64,000 bases of DNA from an uncultured delta proteobacterium. GTDB taxonomy: Bacteria; Desulfobacterota; RBG-13-43-22. Position 1 is the stretch's first letter. Each line of letters starts with the position of its first letter. The stretch is taken from NCBI GenBank assembly GCA_963802945.1, contig CAWDKY010000016.1, forward strand, positions 160,001-224,000, read 5' to 3'. This document shows positions 1-10,334 of the stretch, one piece after another. Under the pieces are notes generated by a model. The model did no database searches. It was not told where the DNA came from and worked only from the letters and a program-made list of their open reading frames with translations. Both the position numbers and the translations under genes were made by a program.

Positions 1-2679
1 CTTTTCGGTTATGTCATTTTTTTACTGCCTCTTTGCCTCTATTTTGTAGAACTGACCTTGGAGAAGAAGCGTTTTATCTATGGGGGGGCGGCAGGGTTGT
101 GTATAATTCTCACGTCTTTCATGGAACATCATACTACTTTTTTAACGGCTTTGACCTTAGGGCTGTATTTACCCAGCCGCATCCTGCTTATTCGACCTTT
201 TCTTTTGGTTCAAAGAGGGAAAACCAAACCCCTTTGGCCTGGATTGCTGGGGGCTTTAATCGGCGGCCTGGCTTTTTCCTGTTTCCTCTGGATATGGTTA
301 GGCAAAAAATCCGACCTTCCTTTCTGGCATATGGATATGATCCAGCCCTTGATTCTGGGTACGTTAGCTGCCCTTTTGGCCTGGTTTTATGTGTCCGCCT
401 TATTGGCTCGAATAACTGTTCTCTCTTTTAGTGAGGCTCGACATTGGGTTGGAAAAGGATTTTTTCTTTTTACCCCTTCGTTGCTTTATTTATTGAAATA
501 CCGGCTGGAAATCCCCCGTCTCGGCTTGCTCCTGCCTTTGTTTTGTTTCATCTTATTCTCAATTTATCTGATTAGTCTCTTCTTAAAGCAAAGAGATCGG
601 TTCTTGATGTTCAACCGGCCTCAAATTGTTGCCGTTTTCTTAGGGGTCGGAATGGGCCTGGCTATCGCTTCAGTTTATTTGATGCATATCAGGACCACTG
701 TTTTATTACCCTCGATAGCCGGCAAAGGACGGACCATCACTGAAGTCCTTCTCTTTTCCCCCAAAATAGGCAACCTTTTCTTTTGGCAAGATATCAACTA
801 TGAACGATTCGTTATTTTAGGTTGGGGGTTGATTGTTTTGGCCGCTTTTGGACTGGTTCCTCTTTTTAGAGGCAACCCCAATAACCCTGGAAAATTGGCC
901 TTAGCCGGGATCTTGGCTTTTTTGGCTGTTCTTCTGACCGTTGGCCCGACATTGAACTATTTCCCTCTCTATCAAACCTTGTACCGATATTTTCCTTTTT
1001 TCAATTACCCGAGAGCACCCGGCCGGTTTGTTATGGTGGGTTTTATTTTCCTTTGTTTGTTGGCGGCGATGGCCTTGGCTGGTATACGGGAATGGCTGGC
1101 GGCGAAAGGGTGGGGCCGCCTTAGACAATGGCTACCCCTATTGATCATCTCTTTGGTCTTGGCCGAATATCATACTTATCAACCTATGGGACTCTCCCTT
1201 ATGACAAGGGACAATCGGATCTATAAGCAGATCGAGAAAGATTCGACCAAGGGAGGAAGGGTGCTGGAACTTCCTATTTGGCCGGGTGATTCCCATCAAT
1301 CTTCTGCCTATGAATACACCGTCACCAGGACCCGGAAGCCCATGATAAACGGCTACGCCCCGGTGGTATTCCGGGATTATATTCAACAAGTCTTTTGGCC
1401 ACTATATCCCCTTGATTTTGGGGAACTAAGAATTGAGCAGATCAAAGAATTAAAAAAACTCAAGGCAGATTTGATTACCTTTCATGATAATGCCCAGATT
1501 TATACCGAGAAGGTCAGCCCATTTCCGCCACGTTTGGCCCTGAAACGATTGATGAACTCTTCTGGATTGGAATTCTTGTCTCAAGATCAGGATATATACC
1601 TTTTCAAGTTCAATCCTCAATTTCAGAGAGCACCTTCGAATCATGAAAATCCTTCCCAACCCTCTTTATTAGAGGGTTGGGTGGAAAGCTCTCCTTTGAC
1701 CAAGGGGGATAGAGGGAGATTTAAAAATGGATCCTTCATCACCTCTCCGGTTTCGGCTGTTTTTTATGCCAACCATTTGTCCCAAGAAACCGGTAGGGTT
1801 GAGATGGATCCATCCGCTTCGGGCTATTATCTGCTGATGGACGAGAGACAATTAAATCAAGGACGGCTCATTCCCCGCCCTAGAGTGGGGGGCAATGTGG
1901 CTGTAAGTATTCCCGGACAGGACCCCCCTGGATATTTAATTAATGGCGCACACCGGTATTTTCCGGCAGGAAAATATCGAGCCAGGTTTCGTCTCAAAGC
2001 CGAGCAGTCCTCTCCAAGGGAAGAAATCGGACGCCTGGAAATCATCGAAAATCGTTCCAATATCATCACCCAAAAACCCCTTTTGGGAAAAGATTTCACG
2101 ACTGCTGAGACCTGGCAGGACATTCCTTTGGAATTTGAGATCACCCAAGCTAAGGATATTGGTTTTCGGATCTTTTTTTCAGGAAAGGCCCCGCTATATT
2201 TTAATTTGGCCATCATTGGGTTTTCCGATCAGATCAACGGGCCAGGATCAGTGGAAGCTGAGGATTTACTACGGCAGACTGGGACGGTGGTCTCCGATCC
2301 TTTGGCCTCAGGCAAGGAGGCGGTATTCGGGAAGGCTGGATTCCATCCGCCGATTTATCTGTGTTATGGACCTTATCGGACCCTTAAACCAGGGAGCTAC
2401 CAGGCTATTTTTTCCCTTCGGTTAAAAGATCTTTCCCCCCTCTCCGAGGAAACCAAAGTGGCCTTATTGGAAGTAGCCACAGATATGGGGAAGCGCATCT
2501 TCGGCCATCGGCTGGTCAAAGTTCAGGATCTGCGGACCGATGAATATCTGCCCATTGCAGTGGACTTTAACGTTCCTTTTCGTTGTGAGTTGGGTTATCG
2601 GGTTAAATTTTTAGGCCGGGCCGATCTGTTGGTGGATAGGGTGTCTATAAAGGCATTTAAGAAAGGACAAGAGCAATAG
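1..2679 (+). CDS. Polytopic membrane protein (YfhO/GT-C-like) with C-terminal periplasmic beta-sandwich repeats; 5'-truncated by the window edge
   Basis: Frame is open from base 1 (LFGYVIFLLP...). Many TM segments; motifs FFNYPRAPGRF, RVLELPIW and PMINGYAP typical of YfhO-like glycosylation membrane proteins; two C-terminal G(P)Y..L..G.Y...F.L repeats. Confidence 0.6.
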   Translation, partial: LFGYVIFLLPLCLYFVELTLEKKRFIYGGAAGLCIILTSFMEHHTTFLTALTLGLYLPSRILLIRPFLLVQRGKTKPLWPGLLGALIGGLAFSCFLWIWLGKKSDLPFWHMDMIQPLILGTLAALLAWFYVSALLARITVLSFSEARHWVGKGFFLFTPSLLYLLKYRLEIPRLGLLLPLFCFILFSIYLISLFLKQRDRFLMFNRPQIVAVFLGVGMGLAIASVYLMHIRTTVLLPSIAGKGRTITEVLLFSPKIGNLFFWQDINYERFVILGWGLIVLAAFGLVPLFRGNPNNPGKLALAGILAFLAVLLTVGPTLNYFPLYQTLYRYFPFFNYPRAPGRFVMVGFIFLCLLAAMALAGIREWLAAKGWGRLRQWLPLLIISLVLAEYHTYQPMGLSLMTRDNRIYKQIEKDSTKGGRVLELPIWPGDSHQSSAYEYTVTRTRKPMINGYAPVVFRDYIQQVFWPLYPLDFGELRIEQIKELKKLKADLITFHDNAQIYTEKVSPFPPRLALKRLMNSSGLEFLSQDQDIYLFKFNPQFQRAPSNHENPSQPSLLEGWVESSPLTKGDRGRFKNGSFITSPVSAVFYANHLSQETGRVEMDPSASGYYLLMDERQLNQGRLIPRPRVGGNVAVSIPGQDPPGYLINGAHRYFPAGKYRARFRLKAEQSSPREEIGRLEIIENRSNIITQKPLLGKDFTTAETWQDIPLEFEITQAKDIGFRIFFSGKAPLYFNLAIIGFSDQINGPGSVEAEDLLRQTGTVVSDPLASGKEAVFGKAGFHPPIYLCYGPYRTLKPGSYQAIFSLRLKDLSPLSEETKVALLEVATDMGKRIFGHRLVKVQDLRTDEYLPIAVDFNVPFRCELGYRVKFLGRADLLVDRVSIKAFKKGQEQ

Positions 2680-2758
2680 ATTCGGGCACTCCCTGTCAAG
2701 AAGAACACCCGGACCTTATAAGGTAAATATTCCTTTACGAGATTAACAGGAGTAATCC

Positions 2759-4573
2759 TTGGATAAAAAAGACCTTAAGGCCCTAATTGGCCAATATGCC
2801 TCTGAACCCTTGCCCCCATGGGAAGAACATTACTTGGACTATCATGCTGCCCGTTATCTGGATACCCTGGCAATCCTAGGCCCGGGTCAAGGACAGCGGC
2901 TTTTGGATGTAGGGGCTTTTCCGGGCCATATTACAGTGGCTGCCCACCATTTAGGTTTTCAGGTGGATGGGCTTACAGGCAGGGCTGAAAGCACCCCCAG
3001 CTTACAAATGATTGTTGATCGACTTGGTCGACATAATATCCCCGTGGCCCTTGCCGATGTTGAATCCGAACCTTTCCCTTTTGCTGATGAATCCTTTGAT
3101 GTGGTTCTGGCCTTAGAAATCATTGAACACCTTCATTTTAATCCTTTTCGATTGTTTCGAGAAGCCTTTCGAGTTCTTAAACCCAAAGGGCGGATACTAC
3201 TGTCCACCCCCAACTTGGCCCGCTTAGAAAATCATTTACGTCTTTTGGGCGGCCGATCTATACACTCGGATCTTAAGGGTCGGTTTTATGAGGTCTTCAG
3301 TTCAATCCTCTCAGCCCGACATGTCCGCGAATATACCGCTCACGAGCTGACGTATATGCTGGAATGGCAAAACAAAGAGATGTACCGTTTTGAAAAGGCA
3401 AGGATCTTTTATTCCGCATGTTTGGACCCTTCCTATTCTTGGCCTCGCTTGGCTAGGCTGATCAGTCGCTTTTGGCCTAGATTTCGATCCACCCTGCTGG
3501 TCGAAGCCTTGCGTCCCAGCCAGATGAAACTAATCCACCCGGAGGAGTTGGAACCCGTTCAAGGTTTTTATGCGGTTGAAAAACAGATGCCCGATATGGA
3601 AGGCATTGCCCAGATGCTGACCACCCTTTTTCGTTGGACCGGAGGGAGGGCTGAAATAAGCCTGCCAGCCAGCGAGGCCCCCTACCAGGTTTTTTACCTC
3701 AACCTGGTCTACTTGGTACCTTGGAGCCTTCCCCCTGGCTATTGGGATATCACGGTGGGCGGAAAGCCTGTGAGCCAGATTTGCCTGGCTCCAGATCGTA
3801 TGTTCACTCAACTCCGGCTTGTCCTGTCCCACGATCTGGCTCGCCAGGGGCGCTTTCCCTTGTGTATTTCCGGAAAGACTTGGCGACCCAGGGATCATCA
3901 GGGAACCGATGATTATGAATTCTCAATTAATGACGACCGTGACCTGGGCTTAGTGGTAGGATGGGATGGATTTCTGAGGGTGGATTGTGATAGTTATGAA
4001 GCACTTCTAGCCTTAGCCCGACGGGAATCTAGTCTAATGGAACAATATGAGAATAATCAGGCAATCAACTGGCGTAAGTATGATGACCGGTGGAGTCATT
4101 TTAAAACTCTTTATTTGCTCCAGGCTGATTTTAAACCAGTTCTACCTATGGGTAAGAAGGACTGGCGTCAGCTCGGCCAAGGGTGGTATTTCTTGGAAAA
4201 CTGGAATGAAGGCCCGATACGGTGGACCAGTCGGTATGCTGAGGCTTATCTTAGTGCTAAACTCGGCTCCCGGCATCTCCGTTTAAGGGTCTTTAGCGGG
4301 GAGTCTCGTTTAGGAACTCGCATTACAGGAACCCTGAAAATTGCCTTCAGCCAAGACCGATTTTCATTTATTCCCATAGCGGAAGACCCCTTTGAACTCC
4401 CTGCCGGGATTTGGACTGATTTGGGTGTGAAATTTCCACAAAAAATTCCTGCTCCGGGAATAATTCGACTGGTCCTTCAAACCGACCAATCTCGATCGCC
4501 TGCACGTCTTATCGCCGGTTCTACGGATACTCGGGAACTGGGTCTAGCGGTGGCCGGGATGGCTGTCAGATAA
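2759..4573 (+). CDS. Class I SAM-dependent methyltransferase with C-terminal beta-sandwich extensions
   Basis: LLDVGAFPG motif I, FDVVLALEIIEHL, LLSTPN and HVREYT motifs; two GF/WY..E....RWT repeats in the C-terminal half. Confidence 0.75.
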   Translation: MDKKDLKALIGQYASEPLPPWEEHYLDYHAARYLDTLAILGPGQGQRLLDVGAFPGHITVAAHHLGFQVDGLTGRAESTPSLQMIVDRLGRHNIPVALADVESEPFPFADESFDVVLALEIIEHLHFNPFRLFREAFRVLKPKGRILLSTPNLARLENHLRLLGGRSIHSDLKGRFYEVFSSILSARHVREYTAHELTYMLEWQNKEMYRFEKARIFYSACLDPSYSWPRLARLISRFWPRFRSTLLVEALRPSQMKLIHPEELEPVQGFYAVEKQMPDMEGIAQMLTTLFRWTGGRAEISLPASEAPYQVFYLNLVYLVPWSLPPGYWDITVGGKPVSQICLAPDRMFTQLRLVLSHDLARQGRFPLCISGKTWRPRDHQGTDDYEFSINDDRDLGLVVGWDGFLRVDCDSYEALLALARRESSLMEQYENNQAINWRKYDDRWSHFKTLYLLQADFKPVLPMGKKDWRQLGQGWYFLENWNEGPIRWTSRYAEAYLSAKLGSRHLRLRVFSGESRLGTRITGTLKIAFSQDRFSFIPIAEDPFELPAGIWTDLGVKFPQKIPAPGIIRLVLQTDQSRSPARLIAGSTDTRELGLAVAGMAVR

Positions 4574-4685
4574 GGATCGGGAAATTTTGACAGACAATTT
4601 TCGGGGAATTTACTTTTTCCAATGGAAATCCCTTCGAAAATTTATTATATTAACAAAATAAATTTATTAAGTCAGGAAGGCGGTT

Positions 4686-5528
4686 ATGAAACGTTTTCTA
4701 TTTATTATTATTTCTTTATTTCTTTTTTCTCCGGCGATAAGTCATGGAGAGACCACCCAAAAAGAAATACCCAAAATTGAAGAAGCTCAGGATGAAGCAC
4801 CAAAAGTTGAAGTCTCGAAGGTTGAAACGAGAACACGAGAATGGGGAGTGGCCTTAGGGTTCCGTTCAACCTATTTTGGAATGACACAAAATACCGGGGA
4901 AATATTCGGAAATATAAATTTGTTAAAAGAAAGTCAGAATTATTGGCCGATCAAGCCAATGGTCCAAGTCAATTTTTTAAAGTATTGGGCCCTTGAATTC
5001 GGCTATGATCAATTCAAAGCCACTGCTTTGTGTAAAGGGTTGTTTGGGTTCGCTAACGAAGACCCAAACTGGGCCGATGGGGCCGTTAAATGGAAGCCGA
5101 TCACGATGGCCTTACAGTTTCGGTGGCCTCATTTTCATAAATCCGTTGTCCCCTATGTTTTAGGGGGAATCAGTTACACTATAACTTCATGGGATCGCAA
5201 CGAATGGTATTATTACGGGTTTCCAAGCCTGGCTGAATATAACACTTGGATAAGTCAAGGCAATAGGCCTGAAGATTATCCAAACAACGGATACCGTCGT
5301 ATCTTTGAGACGGATGGCTATACTATCGGGACAGTGTTAGGCGTTGGGGTGGATTATTTTATATGGAAAAATTGGGCTTTAAATCTGGATTGGCGATACA
5401 ACTGGTCCCAGGTCAATTTTAAATATACACTTGCTTACGGTGGTGGGGCGGATGTGGTTCGGGTTGAGCACGGGACCTTTGTCCTGGATTCCTGGATCCT
5501 TGGCTTAGGTATAAAGTATTTTTTTTAA
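4686..5528 (+). CDS. Outer-membrane beta-barrel protein (OmpW-like)
   Basis: Signal peptide, amphipathic strands (PYVLGGISY, GVGVDYF, LNLDWRY), C-terminal aromatic ending GIKYFF. Confidence 0.7.
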   Translation: MKRFLFIIISLFLFSPAISHGETTQKEIPKIEEAQDEAPKVEVSKVETRTREWGVALGFRSTYFGMTQNTGEIFGNINLLKESQNYWPIKPMVQVNFLKYWALEFGYDQFKATALCKGLFGFANEDPNWADGAVKWKPITMALQFRWPHFHKSVVPYVLGGISYTITSWDRNEWYYYGFPSLAEYNTWISQGNRPEDYPNNGYRRIFETDGYTIGTVLGVGVDYFIWKNWALNLDWRYNWSQVNFKYTLAYGGGADVVRVEHGTFVLDSWILGLGIKYFF

Positions 5529-5684
5529 ACAAGGATAGCACTCAATAAGCCAAAAAATGTCATTCGTCGGCAACCCAGCCTAATTTTATCGCGCTTGTCG
5601 CGCTTCGGGGTTTTTTAAAGTCTAATCCAAGATGCTGAAATAAAGATATATGCAAAAACAATCTCTTTTTAAATTTAACTTGTA

Positions 5685-5796
5685 ATTCCCCGGAGCTTGC
5701 TACGGGGCACCAAAAAGGATGAGTTCGAGAACCCCTTGATTTTTCAATTAAAAAAAATTTACCATTCGAACCCCGAGGCTTGCTGTGGGAGTTTCA
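5685..5796. repeat. Two REP-like palindromes (CCCCGGAGCTTGCTACGGGG; CCCCGAGGCTTGCTGTGGG)
   Basis: Two related imperfect GC-rich hairpins with a CTTG loop in the intergenic region. Confidence 0.45.
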
Positions 5797-5805
5797 TCCC
5801 ACTAT

Positions 5806-5930
5806 AAGGCTTTCCGACCTGATCACCTAGAACTAATCAAACCTGAGAAGATTGAAGCCGAGGGTTTCTATGAACTGGAAGAGCACGATGCCTGAATGGA
5901 AAGTACCGGCGGGGTTCTGTCCACGTATCA
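5806..5930 (+). pseudogene. Relic fragment of a paralogue of the 2759-4573 methyltransferase
   Basis: Translates to KAFRPDHLELIKPEKIEAEGFYELEEHDA*MESTGGVLST, which aligns by eye with EALRPSQMKLIHPEELEPVQGFYAVEKQMPDMEGIAQMLTT; contains an internal stop. Confidence 0.6.
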
Positions 5931-5951
5931 CTCCCCCGATTTTCAAGACTT

Positions 5952-7919
5952 TTACTTAATGGCTGAAAGCGGTTTTCCGGAGGTAATTGAACGGAATAAC
6001 TGTTCGGCCATTATTTGATGGGTTTTAATGTTGGGATGGGCATCAAAGGGGCTGCACCAAGTCTTGATATTTTTCAAGTAGGGGAGTAAATCAACGACTT
6101 CTATTCCATAATCAACAGGCAACTGGATATAATCAAACCAGAGGTTTCCTTGGCCTAAATAATCGACCTGGAATTGGACCTGTTCATTTAAAGGTTTATT
6201 CATGAAAAAGGATAACATAATATCATACCAATCCCCATTTTTCTTGAAATCTTTTTTCGTCGGTTTCTTTTCTGATAGTAAGTGATCCCCGGCCATTACC
6301 TTAATATTTATCATTGGCTTTTTATCGAGTAGACTCCCTCTTAATCGAAACATGACCTGATGTTTTCCTTTTTCCAAATAAACCTTGGGAGTTGAAATGA
6401 TATTGCCCACGGGGGTTTTCTCCTGAGTAACATAAAGCGCTCTTCCCAGATAAGAACTAGGATCACGGACATCCTCTCCTCTTCCTTTTGAGGTCCAAGC
6501 GGCCGGAAAGGTTAACATGTTCGGAGAGGAAATCCTCTTCATCCGATCATTGATTGGTTTAAAAGGATATTCCCCTTTGTAGGGCAGACAAGGGTAAAGC
6601 AGAAGGATCCTTTTTTTAGAATAACACTTGGCTAACGTGGCCCAATCGTGGAACGTCAAACGGAACAAAAACCATCCTGGTGTCTTTTCGTCATAATCCT
6701 CTAAATAATATTGAGTATATGTGCGGTTCAAGGGTGGAAGGATAGTATCCAATTTATAATTCAGAAAATAATAAAGGTAAGAGCGTCTCATTAAAAACTG
6801 GTGAGTGGGAAAACCCTGCCAGAAACGTAGCCTGTATCCAGGATTGCTGTCGGGCCTGTTTTCCTTGTTTATTTCGAGATCGTTAATATACCATTCATAG
6901 ATGAGTATGTCCGGTTGTAGCCGTGATCCTATTTGGGCCAGGATGAAAAGATGGGAATCGATTTCCCACCCCGGATAGGTCCGGGTCTCCATATCATATT
7001 GGATATTTTTTCGGTTAAGGAGTTGCAAGAGTCGGAAGGGATAGGTGTCTTTCCAATCCCGCACCCCGACTCCCCAAGTAATTGAATCTCCCTGGATCAA
7101 TATCCTGGTAAGACCTGATCCTATAGGTTTTTTAAATACTGGTCCTCGATTCGTAAATGCCGGTCCTCGATCCCCCCCATTGGAGAGAAGATATTCGAAG
7201 GCCTTATTTCCTGGAGCTCCGGAAGTTTTCCTTCCTCCATCCCAAAAAACAATCCGAATAAAAAGTTCTCCCGCGACCAAAGATAATATTAATGAGAAAG
7301 AAATTAAGATAGCCCAGCGACGAAAAAACACAACTAACCAAATTATTAAAAGTCCCAGGGACCCCAGAAGACAAAAATTCTTCCCCCAAGAAACAATATC
7401 CAACCAGGTCTCGATGTTTCCAAGTTCCAGATAGGACAATTCATTTGTACTCATGAAGCAATAGTCGGCCTGGCCTGGCTCTGCTACTTCTATCTTGAGC
7501 CATCCCTGGTTAAGAATATTGTTAAGGTGTAATTCCAAAAAATGTGGGCCAGACGACAACCATCGTTTGGTTTCCCCAACATTATGGGAGCTGCTGCCGA
7601 TTAAGGTGATAATGGGGTGGTTATCAATTGAAATTTTTCCATTATCATTGCAGGTTAATCTTATATGGTAAAGACCTTCCTTAGGGACTTGCCAGATTGC
7701 ATAGGCGGTAAGAGAAGTGTCTGGTTTGTCTAAAAACAGAAAGGTGTTATCAACTCTATAGGGGGCATAAGACTCAACCCTCAGTTGGTGCTTTCCCGGT
7801 CGGGCGTGGGGAAGGAGGATTACATGCCAGACCATGGGCCAGAAAGCTAAGTAGAAGAGGAACAAAAACAGGGCTCCCCCTAAAAGAAAATAGTGGGAGA
7901 AGTTTTTTTTTCTAACCAT
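5952..7919 (-). CDS. Membrane-anchored SGNH/GDSL hydrolase or acyltransferase with PA14-like domain and inserted beta-sandwich
   Basis: GDSITWG block I, YINDL block III, C-terminal FDAHPN; PA14-like GLYHIRLTCNDNGKISID. Start moved to MVRKKNF (7919) because the upstream extension overlaps the DUF5989 relic. Confidence 0.7.
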   Translation of the reverse strand: MVRKKNFSHYFLLGGALFLFLFYLAFWPMVWHVILLPHARPGKHQLRVESYAPYRVDNTFLFLDKPDTSLTAYAIWQVPKEGLYHIRLTCNDNGKISIDNHPIITLIGSSSHNVGETKRWLSSGPHFLELHLNNILNQGWLKIEVAEPGQADYCFMSTNELSYLELGNIETWLDIVSWGKNFCLLGSLGLLIIWLVVFFRRWAILISFSLILSLVAGELFIRIVFWDGGRKTSGAPGNKAFEYLLSNGGDRGPAFTNRGPVFKKPIGSGLTRILIQGDSITWGVGVRDWKDTYPFRLLQLLNRKNIQYDMETRTYPGWEIDSHLFILAQIGSRLQPDILIYEWYINDLEINKENRPDSNPGYRLRFWQGFPTHQFLMRRSYLYYFLNYKLDTILPPLNRTYTQYYLEDYDEKTPGWFLFRLTFHDWATLAKCYSKKRILLLYPCLPYKGEYPFKPINDRMKRISSPNMLTFPAAWTSKGRGEDVRDPSSYLGRALYVTQEKTPVGNIISTPKVYLEKGKHQVMFRLRGSLLDKKPMINIKVMAGDHLLSEKKPTKKDFKKNGDWYDIMLSFFMNKPLNEQVQFQVDYLGQGNLWFDYIQLPVDYGIEVVDLLPYLKNIKTWCSPFDAHPNIKTHQIMAEQLFRSITSGKPLSAIK

Positions 7920-7993
7920 ACTTGCTGAGGCAACCTGTAGATCTCGAACCATTACATTCATTCCGTTTTTGCTTTTTGTTTGGGGAAAATTCG

Positions 7994-8152
7994 TTAAAAC
8001 AGGGTATATATTAAAGGGGCCAAGACTGAAGATTCGATCAACAGTACCAGGAGACCCAGTAATAACAGCAAAATCATTATGGGGCCAAGCCATCATTTCT
8101 TTCTAATCTTCATAAATGTCCACATCTCGCCCAAGATATAACATTTCTTCAA
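7994..8152 (-). pseudogene. DUF5989 family small membrane protein with in-frame TGA
   Basis: LKKCYILGEMWTFMKIRKK*WLGPIMILLLLLGLLVLLIESSVLAPLIYTLF matches the family pattern (RKK.WL.P ... LAP.IYTLF); TGA at 8093-8095. Confidence 0.8.
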
Positions 8153-8189
8153 TTATCCCATAAATCCTCTCTTTTTTACTTCGGGTAAC

Positions 8190-8600
8190 CGAGATAATCA
8201 GAACTGATGTCGGTAGCGTTCCAGATCTCCGGTTACCCGCTCACTTTTGATCCAATAGGTTTGCGTTTAACGATTACTCTTTTGATTAAGCAGATTCTTC
8301 CCGATAAGTTTTAATGCTAACCCGGTAAGGGTAATAACAGGATAAAAAATAGGCTTAGGAGTATCCTAGTATTCATCCAGGTCATCAAATAAGCAAACAG
8401 CATCCAACCATATAAATCGGACGTAATATAGGATACCCCCATAAGCGGAAATGAGGAAAAAGAGGGCTTCTAAAAACGACCATGGCCAATAAAGGCGATG
8501 ATAATAAAAAAGAAACATGGTCACCATGGTCCCCAAACAGCCCAATAATAATCCGAAACCCATAACTTTTTTGGATGAAATCTCTATCCTTTCAATCTAG
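8190..8600 (-). pseudogene. SxtJ family membrane protein, frameshifted and with a stop
   Basis: Pieces FGLLLGCLG..., WMLFAYLMTWMNTRILLSLFF, YPVITLTGLALKLIGKNLLNQK and TYWIK lie in different frames; end points approximate. Confidence 0.7.
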
Positions 8601-8654
8601 TTCATTGGTTTTCATCCAGTCCATTTCCGTTTCCAGTAATTGTTGTTCATTTTT

Positions 8655-9092
8655 ATATGGTTAGAAAAGTAGCCCGCTCAAAAGATGATGGGTAAAAAGC
8701 AGAGGCCGCATGAGCTTCATGATGTTCTATAAAAAGAACAGGCCCTTTGTATCCTAGATGATTTTCGATTAATGAAGGAATCCAGAGATTTTCTTTTACC
8801 CATAAGGGCATGGCCTTCAAAAATGACCGAATTCCGAATGAGGCTTAGGCCAAGTAAGTTTCGAGAATGCGATCAAAATTAAGCAGGGGTTTATCGTAAA
8901 AAACAACCAAGATAAATCTGAGACTTCAATATCCTTCTGGGTGAGACAGAAAGCAATAGCCTGGCTTGGAAAGGAGGAATCGTGTTTTCTTCTGGTAAAC
9001 CGTTCTTCCTGGGCAGCGGCAACAATCTTTCTATCCTGAAATAAAGCGGCCGCCGAATCATGATAGTAACAGAAGATGCCAAGGATATTCAT
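8655..9092 (-). pseudogene. Carbamoyltransferase (NodU/CmcH/SxtI family) N-terminal fragment
   Basis: MNILGIFCYYHDSAAAL...AAAQEERFTRRKHD, then shifted frames VFYDKPLL.FDRILETYL and EHHEAHAASAF; truncated after about 145 codons. Confidence 0.85.
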
Positions 9093-9101
9093 GGACTTTC
9101 C

Positions 9102-10334
9102 TTAATTTTGATCAGCAAGTGGGAATTTTTTGCTCGGTATAAGTCTGTCTGTGCTACCTTGAACCGACTTCCTGGATAATTTGATGATCCAGGGATAAAG
9201 GGCGTCAGCAATCAACTTGTCACCAAAAGGGGTCAAATGAGCATCATGTTTCCAGAAAATTTTTTTCCGACCGGCCGAGGACAAAACAGGGCCGAGTTCT
9301 ATAAAAGGAACTTTATGATCAAGGGACCATTCTCTAATCCAGCGTTCCGGCTGATGAGGATCAATCCCCTTTTCTTTACCCTTCCAAACTTTTTCCAGTC
9401 TCACGTCGCCTATGGCCTGAGGTCCAGCCAGAGAGGCGATAACAAGATTAGCCCCAATTCTTTTCGATTCGGTTTTGATCTCACTCAGAAGAGAGGAACT
9501 CCTTTCCCAGGCCTCCTGCCATTCGGCAGAAGGGGGATATTTATAGACTCCGAGTTCGGGACTGGTGATTTTTTCCAAAGAAAAGGAGGGGTGAAATAGA
9601 GTAAAATGCTGGGTATAAAAGTCGGTCAGGCGTTCAGCAATAAACCCATTTAACCGCGATCGAGGGAAAAGATAAGCATGAGAAAAGAAAGCGATCTTTC
9701 TTGGTGCTATTTCTCTCATATAAAAAAGGGCAAATTTTTGAGCTCTATGAAAGATGGTCGGCGAATTTTCCATGACATCATTTCCGCAAAAAAATAGGAT
9801 GAGGACCATGTCTGGCCGATAAGCGGGCCCGTATTGTCGAAGCCAGTTCAGTTCTTTTTGTTGAGCCGTGTTTCCTTGTCCGAAGGCCATGACTTGATAA
9901 GAATGGCGACCCAAGGGATCTTCAGTCGTCAGGCGCTGCTCAAGCCTTTTATGAAAACTTTCCTCCAAAGGCATCTCGTTGGCAGCCACGTAAGAGTCAC
10001 CAAGAACCATGATACGAAATGTTGAGGGGTAGGGACGGGCGAAGGGATAGTCCCGATCGTGAAATCCCAACCGGTTTAAAACAACTTGATTTTCGAAATC
10101 TTCAAAAGTTCCAGGAAGGTAACCCTTGTAAACGAAATGCCCGTAAGGCATTTCTAACTGGTAGGTGCTCTTTATATCCACGGGTAAGATGACCGGTGGA
10201 TGATACCCGATTATTCTTAAAAATATCTCGGCCGCTCCCAAGGCTACCCCCAGACTGAAGGCCACTAGGATAACTGTGCCGACAAACATCCAAAAATTAT
10301 TTTTCTTTGTCTGGTTTTCATTTAAAAAAAACAC
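9102..10334 (-). CDS. SGNH/GDSL hydrolase family protein (AlgX-like acyltransferase)
   Basis: N-terminal TM with AEIFLR, LNRLGFHD, VLGDSYV, CGNDV and DAHLTP motifs. Confidence 0.8.
   Translation of the reverse strand: MFFLNENQTKKNNFWMFVGTVILVAFSLGVALGAAEIFLRIIGYHPPVILPVDIKSTYQLEMPYGHFVYKGYLPGTFEDFENQVVLNRLGFHDRDYPFARPYPSTFRIMVLGDSYVAANEMPLEESFHKRLEQRLTTEDPLGRHSYQVMAFGQGNTAQQKELNWLRQYGPAYRPDMVLILFFCGNDVMENSPTIFHRAQKFALFYMREIAPRKIAFFSHAYLFPRSRLNGFIAERLTDFYTQHFTLFHPSFSLEKITSPELGVYKYPPSAEWQEAWERSSSLLSEIKTESKRIGANLVIASLAGPQAIGDVRLEKVWKGKEKGIDPHQPERWIREWSLDHKVPFIELGPVLSSAGRKKIFWKHDAHLTPFGDKLIADALYPWIIKLSRKSVQGSTDRLIPSKKFPLADQN

Noticed and set aside
8093-8095. In-frame TGA in DUF5989 as Trp recoding or selenocysteine
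   Set aside because: TGA ends many genes at their expected C-termini (archease, rtcB, birA), and neighbouring genes are also decayed; a TGG-to-TGA mutation is simpler.
7920-8096. N-terminal extension of the SGNH ORF
   Set aside because: It overlaps the DUF5989 relic in another frame.
7994-9092. Saxitoxin gene cluster
   Set aside because: Only generic SxtI/J/K-like families are present, all broken; no sxtA or other core genes.
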